Shown here piece by piece: positions 8,685 to 16,312 of a stretch of DNA of 17,464 nt (the first letter of the stretch is position 1; each line of letters starts with the position of its first letter). The notes beneath the pieces were generated by a model, which saw only the letters and a list, made by a program, of their open reading frames with translations, had not been told where the DNA came from and made no database searches. A program made the position numbers and the translations under genes. The stretch comes from Ignisphaera sp. (GTDB lineage: Archaea; Thermoproteota; Thermoprotei_A; Sulfolobales; Ignisphaeraceae): positions 1 to 17,464 of the forward strand of contig JAWAHS010000003.1 of the NCBI GenBank assembly GCA_038889075.1, written 5' to 3'.

Positions 8685-9340
8685 TACTTCCTCACATAAC
8701 TGTCGTATAATTCCATCAGCTTCTCAACGTCCTGAGGAAATAGCTCGTATATCTTGCCTCTATCTATATCAAAGATGAGTACGCTGTGTATGTGTGCCTT
8801 CATTAAATAGTCTATATCACCGTTATCTAAAGGAGATATTTCCCTTACACTAGAGATCAGATCAAGCAATTTTCTTCTAGATCTACCCTCTACAGGCTTC
8901 ACCAACTCTATTGGTATTAATGGTACAGAGCCGTAAGGATATGCAAATACTGCTGCTTTAATTCCACTCTTCACTATCTGGATCACCTTCCTTATATGAC
9001 GGGCTAGTATGTACTTCGTCCTATTCAATATAAAATTCGATGGTACGGTATAGAAATCTACTTCAATACATATATTAAAATCCCCTTTCTGCGCATATAC
9101 ATCACATTTAGCTATGCCCACGCTCTCCTCTATCGATATATAGCTGTAGCCACAGTTAGATAGATAGTAGTAGATTAGGAGCTCCGCCAGGATGTGATTT
9201 ATGGGAATGCCCTTTTCATTTACAAGTTTAATCGCCTTACGGACAAGGTCTTCCAGGTGCTTCACCCCCATTCTATTCAATAGCTGTAGTATTTGGGTTA
9301 GATGCATTTCGCTGCCCAACAATGGATCACCATACTGCAT
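8681..9340 (-). CDS. Conserved archaeal hypothetical protein with a PD-(D/E)XK-like fold
   Basis: NHILAE helix, then IEESVG..CDVYAQKG...CIEVD; the catalytic Lys is absent. Its stop overlaps the HD gene stop (CTAG). Confidence 0.7.
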   Translation of the reverse strand: MQYGDPLLGSEMHLTQILQLLNRMGVKHLEDLVRKAIKLVNEKGIPINHILAELLIYYYLSNCGYSYISIEESVGIAKCDVYAQKGDFNICIEVDFYTVPSNFILNRTKYILARHIRKVIQIVKSGIKAAVFAYPYGSVPLIPIELVKPVEGRSRRKLLDLISSVREISPLDNGDIDYLMKAHIHSVLIFDIDRGKIYELFPQDVEKLMELYDSYVRKY

Positions 9341-9411
9341 TAAGCCATATTAAGGTCTATTTTATGAAAAGTAATCTGTATTTTAATTAAAAAATGCTAT
9401 AGGTTCAAGCT

Positions 9412-10275
9412 ATGGATGGTGAAATAGAGTATCTAATTGCATTTTCAGTAAATGATGCAGCTGGTAGGGGCATGGCTATCTCGCTCGCAAACATGGCTAA
9501 ATGTGAAGACGTTACCCATAGATCTAGGGATCCTAAGATTAGGGCACTCCATCTATGTGACGACTTGAGGGCAGTTTTAGCAGGCTTTGACGAGGATGTG
9601 GTGTTCTTTGATTTTATTGAAGAATTTAGAGATGTAAAATACTTCGTTATACTATCTAGACACAGTTCTCTAACAGGTATGCCAACCCTAACAACACATG
9701 TACCTGGAAATCCATGGGGTAAAAACGATTTTGGTGGAAAGCCATGGGAAATACCGCCTGCAAACCCTGTATTGATGTGGTATTTTCTGAAGGGGCTGAT
9801 TAATCGACGGGCTAGAGATGGCTTACTCGAGTTTAGAGTAAGCTATGAGGTTACACACCATGGTCCTACCTCGATCACGAGACCCATAACATTTATCGAA
9901 ATTGGAAGTAGTGAAAGAGAGTGGAATATGTTGAATGTACAGAGAGCTGTGGCCTCAGTAGTTATTGAAGGAATTGAAAATACCTTAGATGGTGGTTCGA
10001 CAAAGCTATGCACAGTAAGCATAGGTTTTGGAGGTCCTCACTATGCCCCATTATTTACGAGAAGGGCTATCGAATACGGCGAATGCTATGGCCATATAAT
10101 ACCCAACTATGTAATTAAGGAACTCGACTTAGATAGGATAAAATTCATTACAGTTAGAGCAATCGAATCTACACCTGGTGTAGAACGTATTGTAATAGAG
10201 AAAGTAAAAAGTGAAATTAGAAAAGCAATAGCTACGATTGCTGAGGAAAGGAACATTGAGGTTATATCATATTAG
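9412..10275 (+). CDS. dtdA: D-aminoacyl-tRNA deacylase (DTD2/GEK1 family)
   Basis: SRHSS..GMPTLTTHVPGN, YEVTHHGP, FIEIGS and GFGGPHYAP motifs. Confidence 0.95.
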   Translation: MDGEIEYLIAFSVNDAAGRGMAISLANMAKCEDVTHRSRDPKIRALHLCDDLRAVLAGFDEDVVFFDFIEEFRDVKYFVILSRHSSLTGMPTLTTHVPGNPWGKNDFGGKPWEIPPANPVLMWYFLKGLINRRARDGLLEFRVSYEVTHHGPTSITRPITFIEIGSSEREWNMLNVQRAVASVVIEGIENTLDGGSTKLCTVSIGFGGPHYAPLFTRRAIEYGECYGHIIPNYVIKELDLDRIKFITVRAIESTPGVERIVIEKVKSEIRKAIATIAEERNIEVISY

Positions 10276-10294
10276 TGTTCCTCACAGCCTGCCC

Positions 10295-11566
10295 CTATAG
10301 AGCTATTTTCTCACCATTTCTAGGCGCTATGAATTCTATACCCAGTTCCTCCTTTATACGATACCCTAGATTATAGATAGAATCCTCATTCCCGTGAACT
10401 AGCACTACCTTTTCTAAATTTCTTGCATTTTTTGCAATATTAAACAGATCTGAGGCCCCTGCATGGCTTGAAAAATCAAACCAGAATACCCTAGCCCTTA
10501 CATGAGGGCCTCCACTCTCTAGCGATCCCTCTACCAATAGTCTTCTTCCCGGTGTTGTTGGTGCTTGGTAGCTTACCAACACAATTGCATTTTTTGGCTC
10601 ATTCCACAGTCTCTTTACATAGTACTGGACGGGTCCTCCCTTAAGCATACCAGCAGGTGTAACTATTATGCTACCAGGTTCCTTACATATCCTCTTCCTC
10701 ATATCACTACCTTTCACAGATGTGAAGGTCCTGTGTATTCTTTCAAGAAGATCGTATTTATTGATGAATTCTCTATGCCTTAGGAAAAGTTCGAGAATGT
10801 CCTTAGCCATACCATCGTAGTATACATTAGAATAGGGCATTCTCTCAGCTAATATAGCGAGAATTTCCTGTGATCTTGCCAGTGAGAATGCTGGTATCAG
10901 TACTATACCTCCATCCTCAATTATACCCTTGACCGTTTCGATAAATAGATCCTCAACCCTCTGTCTATCGGGATGATCATACATTCCATACGTTGACTCC
11001 ATCACGAGGATGTTGGTATCAATTCTACCTATATCTAAACCTTTGGTCAGCCTTGTATCTATGGTATTTATATCTCCTGTATACAGTATGCTACGTTCAC
11101 CGTCTACTAGCCTATACATAGTTGCCCCTGGAATATGTCCTGAGTTGTGCACCTCAACATATGTATTGTCTATCCAAAAACTTTCCCTTAATCCCACAGT
11201 TTTTGCATTCTCAAGCATTGTCATAAGTTCAGGGTACTCGAATGGTAGATAGTAACCTGAAAGTCTAAGCATATCCTCTATCATAATTCTACCTAGTTCA
11301 AATGTAAGCCCACTCATTATTGCCGTGGGTCTTGCAGAGGTGTATAGAAATGGTGTGGCTCCAATATGATCGAGATGAGCATGTGTAATTAGAATAGCTG
11401 TAATCCTTGATGGTGGTATTGTTAGAGGTAGTAAGGGCTTATCATCCTCGTCAAAAGAAACACCGTAATCCAGTAGGATATTGGTGCCATTTCTAGCATT
11501 ACTGATTAAAATGGCCGCTCTACCAACTTCTCTACCTGCTCCTAATACTGTTAACTCTGTACCCAT
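10295..11566 (-). CDS. MBL-fold beta-CASP ribonuclease (KH-less aCPSF2/aCPSF1b type)
   Basis: LGAGREVGR, THAHLDH, GHIPG, YTGD, MESTYG, PAFSLARSQE, FSSHA and LVHG motifs. Confidence 0.93.
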   Translation of the reverse strand: MGTELTVLGAGREVGRAAILISNARNGTNILLDYGVSFDEDDKPLLPLTIPPSRITAILITHAHLDHIGATPFLYTSARPTAIMSGLTFELGRIMIEDMLRLSGYYLPFEYPELMTMLENAKTVGLRESFWIDNTYVEVHNSGHIPGATMYRLVDGERSILYTGDINTIDTRLTKGLDIGRIDTNILVMESTYGMYDHPDRQRVEDLFIETVKGIIEDGGIVLIPAFSLARSQEILAILAERMPYSNVYYDGMAKDILELFLRHREFINKYDLLERIHRTFTSVKGSDMRKRICKEPGSIIVTPAGMLKGGPVQYYVKRLWNEPKNAIVLVSYQAPTTPGRRLLVEGSLESGGPHVRARVFWFDFSSHAGASDLFNIAKNARNLEKVVLVHGNEDSIYNLGYRIKEELGIEFIAPRNGEKIAL

Positions 11567-11651
11567 CTACCTTTCAACCACTATCACTTATATTCTAGCT
11601 ATACGCTACTAATAATTCTGCTGTTAAAGGCTTATCTATAGTGAGAAAAAT

Positions 11652-12026
11652 ATGTTCCCTATAAATCCTCGTGAATTACAGAAACAATTAAAGCAGCTTA
11701 AAAAGATGGGCATGAAGATAGAGCAGCTAGAGAATGTAGATGAAGTTGTAATACAGCTAGAAGGTAAAAAGCTTATTCTTGAAAAACCTGATGTGATGGC
11801 ACTCGAATTCGCTTCGCAAAAGGTATTCTATATAGTACCTAAATCAATTAGGGAGGAGATAGGGGGTATTAAAGCCGAAACGCCAGCTACATCAATTAAG
11901 GAAGACGATATTTCATTTATTGCTGAATTCACTGGGGTGAGCCGTGACGTTGCTAGAGAAGCATTAATTAGAGCTGGAGGGGATATTGCTAAAGCCATTG
12001 AAATTCTTCAGAGCGAAAAGAAATAG
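11652..12026 (+). CDS. nac: Nascent polypeptide-associated complex protein (aNAC)
   Basis: NPRELQ..LKKMGMK NAC domain; C-terminal UBA-like EDDISFIAEFTGVSRDVAREALIRAGGDIAKAI. Confidence 0.95.
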   Translation: MFPINPRELQKQLKQLKKMGMKIEQLENVDEVVIQLEGKKLILEKPDVMALEFASQKVFYIVPKSIREEIGGIKAETPATSIKEDDISFIAEFTGVSRDVAREALIRAGGDIAKAIEILQSEKK

Positions 12027-12084
12027 CAGTAGGTAGCAATGCTATGCTATTACTATGTTACCCACTGTCACGCAATTTTATAGT

Positions 12085-12417
12085 TTATAGAATTGACTCT
12101 TTTATACATGGGCATAGGGTCTTTAGAACAGTGTAGACTGTATCTGTACCAGTGTAGCTATACTTAGCCTGTAGAAAGGCTTTACCTATATCGATGAGTG
12201 TAGAAATACCTTGACATCTTTTACCAATCTCCATAGCTAGGTCTGGAGTAGATATAAGTCTTGAAATTACGATTGCTAGATAGCGTATAATGTAGTAGAA
12301 ACTCCTGTCACTAGCAACAGTAGGAGAGTCTTGTCCTATATAACTTATACAGAAGTCTACATATATTTTTAATCTTTTAATTTCATCTATGCGGCAGGTC
12401 TTCGACTCCACTACCAT
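12085..12417 (-). CDS. Hypothetical protein
   Basis: 110-aa ATG ORF that fills the gap between nac and the divergent membrane-protein gene; no family recognised. Confidence 0.65.
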   Translation of the reverse strand: MVVESKTCRIDEIKRLKIYVDFCISYIGQDSPTVASDRSFYYIIRYLAIVISRLISTPDLAMEIGKRCQGISTLIDIGKAFLQAKYSYTGTDTVYTVLKTLCPCIKESIL

Positions 12418-12484
12418 CTTTATCTTAGTTAGTTAAAGTTTAAAGCTAGATTATAAGTATTCTGTAGCTGCAGGTGTATACACG

Positions 12485-13051
12485 ATGAACAGTTTTAATT
12501 CTTGGCTAAGACAGTTAATCGAATCTCTTCCACTAGCCTTAGCAATCGTAATATCATCGTTAGCCCTTCTAGTATCTATAGCAATGTATGTAGAACCTCC
12601 AGATGCGCTTAGAGATGCAATAGAAGATGAAATTAGGAACATATCTACAGCTCTTACAAATACCTCATTTATAGAAAGGGTGTACATCATCTATACAAGA
12701 AATGCTCTCGTCAATACGCTCTTCATACTACCATTCTTTATAAACGTAGCCATTTACATATCCACCATGGTTACAACTGCTTGGGCTCTCGGCACATCTG
12801 CACTAAACTTAGAAATCGCTACTGGCGTTCCAAAATACATAAGCATATTACTGTTGATGCTTATGCCTCATACATATTTAGAGCTATTCTCATACTCTCT
12901 ATCCATTATAGTATCGCTTAAATTAACGTTAAGCTTTATCAAGAGAAGAGTAGATAAGGTGATTCTATACAATTCCATAGCCACCATCATAGTGTCCTAC
13001 ATAATACTACTGCTATCTGCTGTAATCGAAACAGTGCTAATCAGCCTATAA
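12485..13051 (+). CDS. SpoIIM/DUF95-like integral membrane protein
   Basis: Several TM helices; IIYTRNALV and LLMLMPHTYLEL match the I..NN and LPHG..EL signatures. Confidence 0.8.
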   Translation: MNSFNSWLRQLIESLPLALAIVISSLALLVSIAMYVEPPDALRDAIEDEIRNISTALTNTSFIERVYIIYTRNALVNTLFILPFFINVAIYISTMVTTAWALGTSALNLEIATGVPKYISILLLMLMPHTYLELFSYSLSIIVSLKLTLSFIKRRVDKVILYNSIATIIVSYIILLLSAVIETVLISL

Positions 13052-13090
13052 TTCTACCTCTAATTCTATCTACAGACCGGATACCCATTT

Positions 13091-13138
13091 TCAGCGAGAG
13101 GATACGATCATCATCTCTCAGAGTCTCTACCTCATCAC
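13091..13138 (-). ncRNA. C/D-box methylation-guide sRNA
   Basis: Minus strand: C GTGATGA - GGTAGAGACT - D' CTGA - gag - C' ATGATGA - TCGTATCCTCTCG - D CTGA. All four boxes are consensus. TTTATCTA TATA-like motif at 13163-13170. Confidence 0.92.
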
Positions 13139-13221
13139 ATTAGTAGCTATGTTCCCCGTTTTAGATAAACTATAAGAAGCTAATTAACATTAATTACACA
13201 TATGACGGAATTCGTTAAAGG

Positions 13222-13269
13222 ATGATGAATTCAAGACGGTATGATAGGTGATTATAACTCCCCATCTGA
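13222..13269 (+). ncRNA. C/D-box methylation-guide sRNA
   Basis: C ATGATGA - ATTCAAGACGGT - D' ATGA - tag - C' GTGATTA - TAACTCCCCAT - D CTGA, with canonical spacing. The guides are complementary to adjacent conserved 23S segments (CCGUCUUGAA, GGGGAGUU; recalled). Confidence 0.88.
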
Positions 13270-13468
13270 TACTATAAAAAAAAACATTAATTTCCAGCTA
13301 GTAGCAGCTTGACGCTTTACGTTACCATGTAATTAGAAGATTTATTCAATTTAACAAGATATGATTCGATGTTACTAGGTTGCAATATGTTTTGGACAAT
13401 AGATCATATCACATCTATTCAAAATTTTTATCTACAGTATTAAAGGTTGAGTAGTTCGGGTCCAAATT

Positions 13469-14296
13469 ATGAAAAAACCATGTGGGATAGTTGCTATACT
13501 GACAGATTTTGGATGCAACGACTACTACGTAGCTGCTATGAAGGGTGTTATACTAGATGTTTGTAGAGATGTAGAAATTGTTGATATAACCCATTCTATA
13601 GAGAATTTCAACTTGTATCAAGCTGCCTTTACATTATATGCTTCACATAGATATTTTCCTGAAGGAACAGTCTTTCTAGCAGTTGTTGATCCTGGTGTAG
13701 GCAGTAGCAGGATGGCTATTCTCATAGTTTCGAAAAGGTATTACTTCATAGGACCTGATAACGGTATTCTGACCCCAGCTGCAAAATACGATGGAATTGA
13801 AAAGGTTTATATGATAGAGAATGACGTATACTTTAGAAAGCCTGTCTCAAAATCATTCCATGGAAGGGATATATTTGCACCCGTTGCTGCAAGAATAGCA
13901 TGTGGTCTAGAACCTTTTCGTGTTGGAAGAGAGCTGGATGTTAATAAGCTACATAATATAAATATTGAGCTGTTCATGGAGAAGAGCGACGACTGTGTAG
14001 TGCTAAAGGTAATATACATAGATAGATTTGGTAATGTAATGCTTTCCCATAATTTTAGAAATGTTATAGAGACTCTCAATGTAGATGTAGGAGATGATGT
14101 ATATGTATATGCAGGTGGTGATCGTATCCTAAAGGCAAAAATTTTAGAGGTATTCTCACACGGAGCACCCAATGATCTCATACTCTACGAGAATAGCCTA
14201 CAGCTTGCAGAACTAGCTGTTAATCTGAGTTCTGCAAAGAGTCTGTTAAGTGTTAATAATGATGACAGTATTAGGATATGTAAATATGGATATTGA
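13469..14296 (+). CDS. S-adenosyl-L-methionine hydroxide adenosyltransferase (DUF62, chlorinase/fluorinase family)
   Basis: LTDFG, MKGVI, VDITH, AVVDPGVGS, GPDNG, SFHGRDIFAP, YIDRFGN and ELAVN motifs. Confidence 0.95.
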   Translation: MKKPCGIVAILTDFGCNDYYVAAMKGVILDVCRDVEIVDITHSIENFNLYQAAFTLYASHRYFPEGTVFLAVVDPGVGSSRMAILIVSKRYYFIGPDNGILTPAAKYDGIEKVYMIENDVYFRKPVSKSFHGRDIFAPVAARIACGLEPFRVGRELDVNKLHNINIELFMEKSDDCVVLKVIYIDRFGNVMLSHNFRNVIETLNVDVGDDVYVYAGGDRILKAKILEVFSHGAPNDLILYENSLQLAELAVNLSSAKSLLSVNNDDSIRICKYGY

Positions 14297-14309
14297 TATT
14301 ATGGAAGTA

Positions 14310-14387
14310 CCGGGGGTGACCCGCCCCGTGTACACGTAGCCCCGGGACAACGGGGTTTATTTACACGGGCAACCAGGGTTGCCACAC
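14310..14387. other. GC-rich multi-hairpin element (structured ncRNA or IS200/IS605-type end remnant)
   Basis: Stems CCCGTGTA/TACACGGG (14325-32/14362-69), AGCCCCG/CGGGGTT (14338-44/14351-57) and GGCAAC/GTTGCC (14368-73/14378-83). A minus-strand TTTATATA at 14406-14413 points into the element. Confidence 0.55.
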
Positions 14388-14473
14388 TTTCTAACTTTTT
14401 ACAAGTATATAAACTTAATCATCTACTACAGCATCCACATCCCATTAATCTTGGACAATTCTATTAAATTCAT

Positions 14474-14527
14474 TCAGCATGGGTTGGAGCATATCATCCT
14501 TTGTCAAGCATTGGAGTCACTCATCAT
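14474..14527 (-). ncRNA. C/D-box methylation-guide sRNA
   Basis: Minus strand: C ATGATGA - GTGACTCCAATGC - D' TTGA - caaagg - C' ATGATAT - GCTCCAACCCATG - D CTGA. The guides match neighbouring 16S segments AUUGGAGUCA and GGG(G)UGGAGC (recalled). TATA TTTATATT at 14551-14558. Confidence 0.87.
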
Positions 14528-14641
14528 CATAGTACAGAGAGTTAAACCTGAATATAAATCTCTGTACTGGTAGAGCCACTTACCACAAAATGGTATTCGC
14601 CGGCCACGCAGCACAATCTAAACCCAAAATGAATAAAAGAA

Positions 14642-15031
14642 TTATCTACTGGTTATCTGTGTTAGAAGCCTATGTCCATTACCTATGAAGATGGGCGTTT
14701 TAAATACAAATAGTTCATCGTTTTTATAAATTACAACTCCAACCAAATTATTAATCTTTTTCAAAATCCATGGATACAGCCTATACGGTACGACTACATA
14801 TAGATAGTCTGCTAACTCTAATCTCTTCTCAATTTGATCGATTATCCTAGATTTAGCTCTAACCTTAACCTCAAATATATGTACTAAAGGTCTTTGAAGC
14901 TCTTTAGAAGGCTCTATAGCCATAACATCGAATTCTAACCCCATATACTTAAAATTGCTATAAACATCATAACCTAAGGCGAGAAGCTTTTTAGTGAGGC
15001 GCTCAATGATTACAGACTCGCTATACAGCAT
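14642..15031 (-). CDS. Small PD-(D/E)XK nuclease-superfamily protein
   Basis: SE..I..LTKKL...GYDV, EFDVMAI, HIFEVK and DQI......ADYLYVVVP; complete E-D-ExK-Q catalytic set. Confidence 0.8.
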   Translation of the reverse strand: MLYSESVIIERLTKKLLALGYDVYSNFKYMGLEFDVMAIEPSKELQRPLVHIFEVKVRAKSRIIDQIEKRLELADYLYVVVPYRLYPWILKKINNLVGVVIYKNDELFVFKTPIFIGNGHRLLTQITSR

Positions 15032-15255
15032 TCAACACCTTAACCTTAGAAGAGGCTGTGGAAATATAATACACGCAGTTAGACAGCCCTTAAACTAATT
15101 CAATGATTAATAAATATATTTAAAAATATACTACAAGTAATACCATCATAAAATAAAGGACTGTAGTATATGGAGGCATCTATATAAATAGAAAAGAAGG
15201 CTATGCGCCTTATAATAATTAAACCTATCCCCACCCAGATAAATACGGGGCCAAA

Positions 15256-15387
15256 CCTACAGGATGTGCATATAGAACCGGGTAACCCGATAGGTCGAAG
15301 GGGTAGAACCTAAGGGTGATAAAGCCCTTAGGCTAATACCCCTCAGGCTTACCGGAATTATCCGGTTCTATATGCACATCCTGTAGG
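15256..15387. mobile_element. Long inverted-repeat element: MITE-like (IS630-type TA boundary) and/or rod-shaped structured RNA
   Basis: Perfect 26-bp IR CCTACAGGATGTGCATATAGAACCGG at 15256-15281 and 15362-15387; the interior is also self-complementary. TA at 15258-59 and 15384-85 reconstruct an empty site CCTAGG. Confidence 0.65.
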
Positions 15388-15421
15388 GGCTAAGCCTTCT
15401 TGACATCTTAACAGTTCATCT

Positions 15422-15964
15422 CTACATTAATGTATATTCCTGGCCTATCTTATAACCCTGCTTCTCCAGAAGTTTCGTACATTTCCGGCAAAACTTCATA
15501 GTCTTACTATCGACTTCAGCAACACTATTGCTAAAGCTCATAACGCATTCTCTCTTAAAGCAGTGTTTCAATCCGAGTATATGGCCTAGTTCATGTATAA
15601 CTTCTTTCTTAACCCTTTCTATGAATACTATACCCGAAGCTGCTACTGCTAACCTTGGTAGAAATACTGCTGCTGTTTTCAAATGAGGTATTGCAAGTCC
15701 AAATACAAAGTTTAGTCCTTTTACATAGGCGTCGAATTCAGCTAGTATGATTGCTATTGACACGAAGTTCCTGTATCTATATACATGGTAAACGAATGCG
15801 TCTGCCAAGTACTGCATCCTTTTATCGTCAAATATATCGATCGGAGGCTCTATATAGTGGTCTACGATCTCTACATTAGCTGAGAAGACGTTGTGAAGAC
15901 ACGATGCTACCTCTTCCAGTATCTTTCTTTCAACATTTCGCGTTCTAAAGAGCTGTATCTGCAT
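15422..15964 (-). CDS. amzA: Archaemetzincin Zn-dependent metalloprotease
   Basis: DAYVKGLNFVFGLA, HELGHILGLKHC...CVMSFSNS..EVD.K...FCRKC motifs. Confidence 0.95.
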   Translation of the reverse strand: MQIQLFRTRNVERKILEEVASCLHNVFSANVEIVDHYIEPPIDIFDDKRMQYLADAFVYHVYRYRNFVSIAIILAEFDAYVKGLNFVFGLAIPHLKTAAVFLPRLAVAASGIVFIERVKKEVIHELGHILGLKHCFKRECVMSFSNSVAEVDSKTMKFCRKCTKLLEKQGYKIGQEYTLM

Positions 15965-16312
15965 CTATCAATACCTCTCCATAGGAAATTGGTTTAAGTT
16001 ATCCTTCAGACCATTCATATAGCTCAACGATACAATAGGACGGTGATCTATTTATATTTTTAGTTAACCATCTAAAGAATAGTACTCTGACTCATTCCCT
16101 ATCTTCTAAGCTTCTCCATATCCTTCAGAGTATACCTTCAGCTATAAACACCGGTTTCTCAAATCTCATTAGGAACTATAAATAGAGAGATTTGCAGAAG
16201 CTTCTACAGAGAGATGAGAAACGTGTTATAGTATTTTCAATTCAAACACTATAAATCGCGTTATAGGCAGTAAAGAGCCTTGGTATCCCATACATGCATC
16301 TGCCATAAGTCC

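Noticed and set aside
12028-12068. Imperfect hairpin between the convergent nac and 12085 genes
   Set aside because: Weak stem with no adjacent T-tract; a terminator role cannot be supported.
14325-14387. H/ACA sRNA or tRNA reading of the GC-rich element
   Set aside because: No K-turn/K-loop, no ACA at the base of the pocket hairpin, and no cloverleaf or T-loop.
15203-15313. 36-codon ORF (MRLIIIKPIP...) entering the hairpin as a possible intron-containing gene
   Set aside because: Both the unspliced and the BHB-spliced products are under 40 aa and unrecognisable.
15256-15387. SRP RNA, CRISPR or ribozyme-bearing viroid identity for the rod
   Set aside because: No SRP helix-8 motif, no repeat-spacer periodicity and no hammerhead core seen on either strand.
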